This document shows positions 61,233 through 64,000 of a DNA stretch of 64,000 nucleotides, one piece after another. The stretch is taken from assembly GCA_965237905.1 (NCBI GenBank), contig OZ250172.1, positions 2,624,001 through 2,688,000 on the forward strand, read 5' to 3'. The notes below the pieces were generated by a model. That model saw only the letters and a list, made by a program, of their open reading frames with translations. It had not been told where the DNA came from and did no database searches. The position numbers and the translations under genes were made by a program. The DNA comes from Nitrospinaceae bacterium. Its GTDB lineage: Bacteria; Nitrospinota; Nitrospinia; Nitrospinales; Nitrospinaceae. Numbering within the stretch: position 1 is the first letter of the stretch; each line of letters opens with the position of its first letter.

Positions 61233-62159
61233 ATGGAAACCACCCAAAAATCTGAAAATCCAGCAGTTTCTGTCATTATTCCTGCATTTAACCGGGCCTG
61301 GTGTCTGAAGAAGACTTTACAGTCCGTTTGGGGTCAAACTTTCAAAAATTTCGAGGTGATCGTGGTGGATGACGGTTCGACCGATGGCACTGCCACTTTG
61401 ATGCGTCAGTTTCCGCAGGTCCGGGTCCATCGCCGGGAGGATAACCAGGGCGTTTCCGCCGCCCGGAATCGGGGCACTCAGATGGCCCGGGGGAAGTGGA
61501 TCTGTTTTCTGGATTCGGATGACCAATGGCTCGAAAACAAACTGCAGGTGCAAGTGGATTGGATGCAGGCTCACCCCGAATGCCCGGCCTGCTACACCGA
61601 CGAAATCTGGATTCGCAACGGCGTCCGGGTGAACCCGAAAAACAAGCATCGCAAATATTCGGGTGATATTTTTCAGCACTGTCTACCCTTGTGTATCGTC
61701 AGTCCATCGTCCATCATGATGCGTGCCTCGGTGCTTGAAGCGATCGGTGGATTCGATACTGATCTTGCCGCCTGTGAGGATTACGATTTATGGTTGCGCC
61801 TGGCATCGCGTTACCCGGTGGATTTCATTCCCGAAAAACTTATCATTAAAACCGGTGGTCATGTCGACCAGTTGTCGCAAAAATTCCGGGGCATGGATCG
61901 CTTCCGTGTTTACGCTCTGGAAAAAATTTTGAAACAGAGTACCCTCAGTCCACAACAACGTACCTGGGTGCTGGAGGCTCTTATCGAAAAATGCTCGATT
62001 CTGCATGCCGGTTACAGCAACCGGGGCAAACATGAAGAAGCCCGACTCTATGAGCAGGCGGCTGAACAATACCGCCTACTGCTGGACCGGAAAGGGAACG
62101 AAGTGCGCGAGACTCAACCTTTTGAGAAAGAGATGCTACTGCATGCGTTGGAAGATTAA
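61233..62159 (+). CDS. Glycosyltransferase family 2
   Basis: VSVIIPAFNR, VDDGSTD, SAARN, FLDSDD, EDYDLWLR. Confidence 0.93.
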   Translation: METTQKSENPAVSVIIPAFNRAWCLKKTLQSVWGQTFKNFEVIVVDDGSTDGTATLMRQFPQVRVHRREDNQGVSAARNRGTQMARGKWICFLDSDDQWLENKLQVQVDWMQAHPECPACYTDEIWIRNGVRVNPKNKHRKYSGDIFQHCLPLCIVSPSSIMMRASVLEAIGGFDTDLAACEDYDLWLRLASRYPVDFIPEKLIIKTGGHVDQLSQKFRGMDRFRVYALEKILKQSTLSPQQRTWVLEALIEKCSILHAGYSNRGKHEEARLYEQAAEQYRLLLDRKGNEVRETQPFEKEMLLHALED

Positions 62160-63288
62160 TCACGCATTGGCGTGGGTTTTGATTTTTATTTTCGGGTTGG
62201 TGTGCGGAGTCGTCGCCGCGGAAAAGCCACTGAAAACCGGAGAGGTGATTGCCAAAATCCGGAAGCAGTGTTACGCTATTCTTCAACAGGCCATGAAAAG
62301 CGAGGAGGCGTTTATCCGCAGTGGTGCCGCACGTGCAGTGGGGGAGTCGGAAGATCCCAACCTCATCCCGCTCCTCGAAAAAGGAACCCATGATTTTTAT
62401 CCCACCACCCGCCAGTTTGCCTTGCAGGGTATTTCCAACCTTTCCCGGAGTAAAGCCAAAATCCTCGGCCGCGAGCGGTTGGAGGATTCCAATATCTGGG
62501 TAAAAAGTACCGCGCTGGGTCTGCTGGCGGATTTGAACGATAAGGAATCCATTCCCACTATCCAACCCTTGCTCAAGGCGCCGGACCGGATGGTGCGCCT
62601 CGCTGCTGCGTATACTCTGGTTCGGTTGGGAGAGGAACAGTATTTTAGCGAACTGACCCGCGCAGTCAAAGGCGGAAATATCGTGCACCGCTTTCAGGTC
62701 ATCACCTACCTCGGTAAGATCGGCGATGAGGTTTCTCTACGCCAATTGAAAGATTTGTTGGAGTCCGACGAGGAGCAAGTGTTGTCCGCCAGTCTAAAGG
62801 CGCTCGGCGAGCGGGCGGACATGGAATTGTTCCGGCCTCTGGTGAAGCTGAGCCTTCACAGCAGTCCCACGGTGCGGCGCAACGCAGTACTGGCGTTCGG
62901 TTACCTTCCGCCCAACGCGGTAAAGAAGCAGGTGAAACTATTTTGCTCCGACCCCGACCCGCTGGTGCAACTTTCTGCCGCGCTTGCCATGCACCGGCTG
63001 AAGTCCGCCGAATGCAACGACGCCTTCGCGGAGTTGATGGGTCATAAGGATTTCGCCGTGCGCGCCTCCACCGCGCGCGTGCTGGGCAAGGTGGATATCC
63101 CTGACCGCACGCGTTTGTTGGCGAAAGCGTTGGGGGACCCCAAAGCACGTGTGCGCACCGCCGCTGTCCGCGCCTCCGGCCAGATGGGCGGGCCGGAAGG
63201 CTTTCAACTGCTGATCCAAATGCTCGACGACCCGCAGGAAGTCATTCGCGCTTACGCCGCCGGCAACCTTCTCAGGTTGATGAAATAA
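62143..63288 (+). CDS. HEAT-repeat protein, secreted
   Basis: Signal peptide, repeated VR..AA..LG motifs. Confidence 0.85.
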   Translation: MRWKINHALAWVLIFIFGLVCGVVAAEKPLKTGEVIAKIRKQCYAILQQAMKSEEAFIRSGAARAVGESEDPNLIPLLEKGTHDFYPTTRQFALQGISNLSRSKAKILGRERLEDSNIWVKSTALGLLADLNDKESIPTIQPLLKAPDRMVRLAAAYTLVRLGEEQYFSELTRAVKGGNIVHRFQVITYLGKIGDEVSLRQLKDLLESDEEQVLSASLKALGERADMELFRPLVKLSLHSSPTVRRNAVLAFGYLPPNAVKKQVKLFCSDPDPLVQLSAALAMHRLKSAECNDAFAELMGHKDFAVRASTARVLGKVDIPDRTRLLAKALGDPKARVRTAAVRASGQMGGPEGFQLLIQMLDDPQEVIRAYAAGNLLRLMK

Positions 63289-63313
63289 CCGGACTACGTC
63301 CGGAGGAAGCTTT

Positions 63314-63354
63314 AATCCTCCTCCCCTTACTAAGGGGAGGATACAGGTGGGGTT
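63314..63354. repeat. REP-like palindrome (same family as 49611-49645)
   Basis: cctcccctt-act-aaggggagg-atacaggtgggg. Confidence 0.75.
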
Positions 63355-63362
63355 GTAGTGCA

Positions 63363-63719
63363 TTAAACAATTAACTCTATATCTGGGCCGGTAATTTGAT
63401 ACGACTCATAAGATTCATTGTTATCGAATACCTTGACAACACTTTGATCCGAGAAAACAATTTCTATATTTCCATTTCCATGATTCTCAACCCTGATTAT
63501 TTTTAACCCAATCAGTTGTAAAAGACTTGAGGCAGAATAAGGCAATTTTTTGGAGGTGATTAGGGATTTGCCATTTGAAATATGATCAAATTGGCATTCC
63601 AGATATATAGAAATATCTTTGTCAAAATTTAATTGAACCTGATAAACCCCAATCGCAACCTGACCCAGTTCTCTTTCAATTAAAAAGCTTAAATCAGTAT
63701 TTTTATCTAATCCGTGCAT
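63363..63719 (-). CDS. Hypothetical protein (AT-rich)
   Basis: 118 aa ORF ending YESYQI.GP. Confidence 0.7.
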   Translation of the reverse strand: MHGLDKNTDLSFLIERELGQVAIGVYQVQLNFDKDISIYLECQFDHISNGKSLITSKKLPYSASSLLQLIGLKIIRVENHGNGNIEIVFSDQSVVKVFDNNESYESYQITGPDIELIV

Positions 63720-63730
63720 TGGTTTTAAAG

Positions 63731-64000
63731 CTAAGCCCTTCCGTATAGATCGTTGTAACGCTTGATGTCGTTTTCATCGAGAATGTCGCCGAGCTGGGTT
63801 TCGATGAGGATCAACAACTGCTTGCCGGGATTGGCCAGGCGGTGCTTCGCGCCTTTGGGGATAACGGTGGACTCGCGTGCCTTCAGAATAATTTTTTTAT
63901 CATCGCACTCCACCTCCGCTTTGCCGGAAACCACCAGCCAGTGTTCGGCGCGGTGCTTGTGCGATTGCAGGCTCAGGCTCTCGCCGGGCAGAACTTCGAT
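63731..64000 (-). CDS. Mannose-6-phosphate isomerase type II cupin domain, 3' end (partial)
   Basis: IEVLPGESLSLQSHKHRAEHWLVVSG...HRLANPG...IETQLG...DIKRY.DLYGR. Confidence 0.9.
   Translation of the reverse strand: MEVLPGESLSLQSHKHRAEHWLVVSGKAEVECDDKKIILKARESTVIPKGAKHRLANPGKQLLILIETQLGDILDENDIKRYNDLYGRA

Overview
GC-rich bacterial chromosome segment. ATP citrate lyase aclBA plus an EbdC/NxrC-like heme b lipoprotein suggest a rTCA autotroph, probably Nitrospinota (inference). Housekeeping genes include ald (end), dnaE, ilvD, mutM, hrcA-grpE, hslVU-argB, xerC, msrAB and aclBA. The main feature is an AT-rich ~18.4 kb element (29295-47720) that splits comM at the [10 protein letters not shown] codons. 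It has perfect 19-bp inverted ends around an AT core, so the reconstructed attP is a perfect 40-bp palindrome. It encodes a large serine recombinase, a truncated resolvase, an HUH Rep-like protein near 4x18-bp repeats and a small tyrosine recombinase. Its defence cargo is a HEPN protein, an HNH nuclease with an RHH-fused double methyltransferase, and a CapV/CD-NTase/E2-SEC-C CBASS. The CBASS faces a divergent XRE-HTH + ImmA/IrrE peptidase + exonuclease I operon. The right end of the element carries two genes bracketed by inverted, recombination-site-like repeats. Outside the element, three single cargo genes sit between duplicated ends of neighbouring genes, and mosaic REP-like palindrome clusters flank msrAB. 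All family calls come from motifs read by eye; no database search was run.
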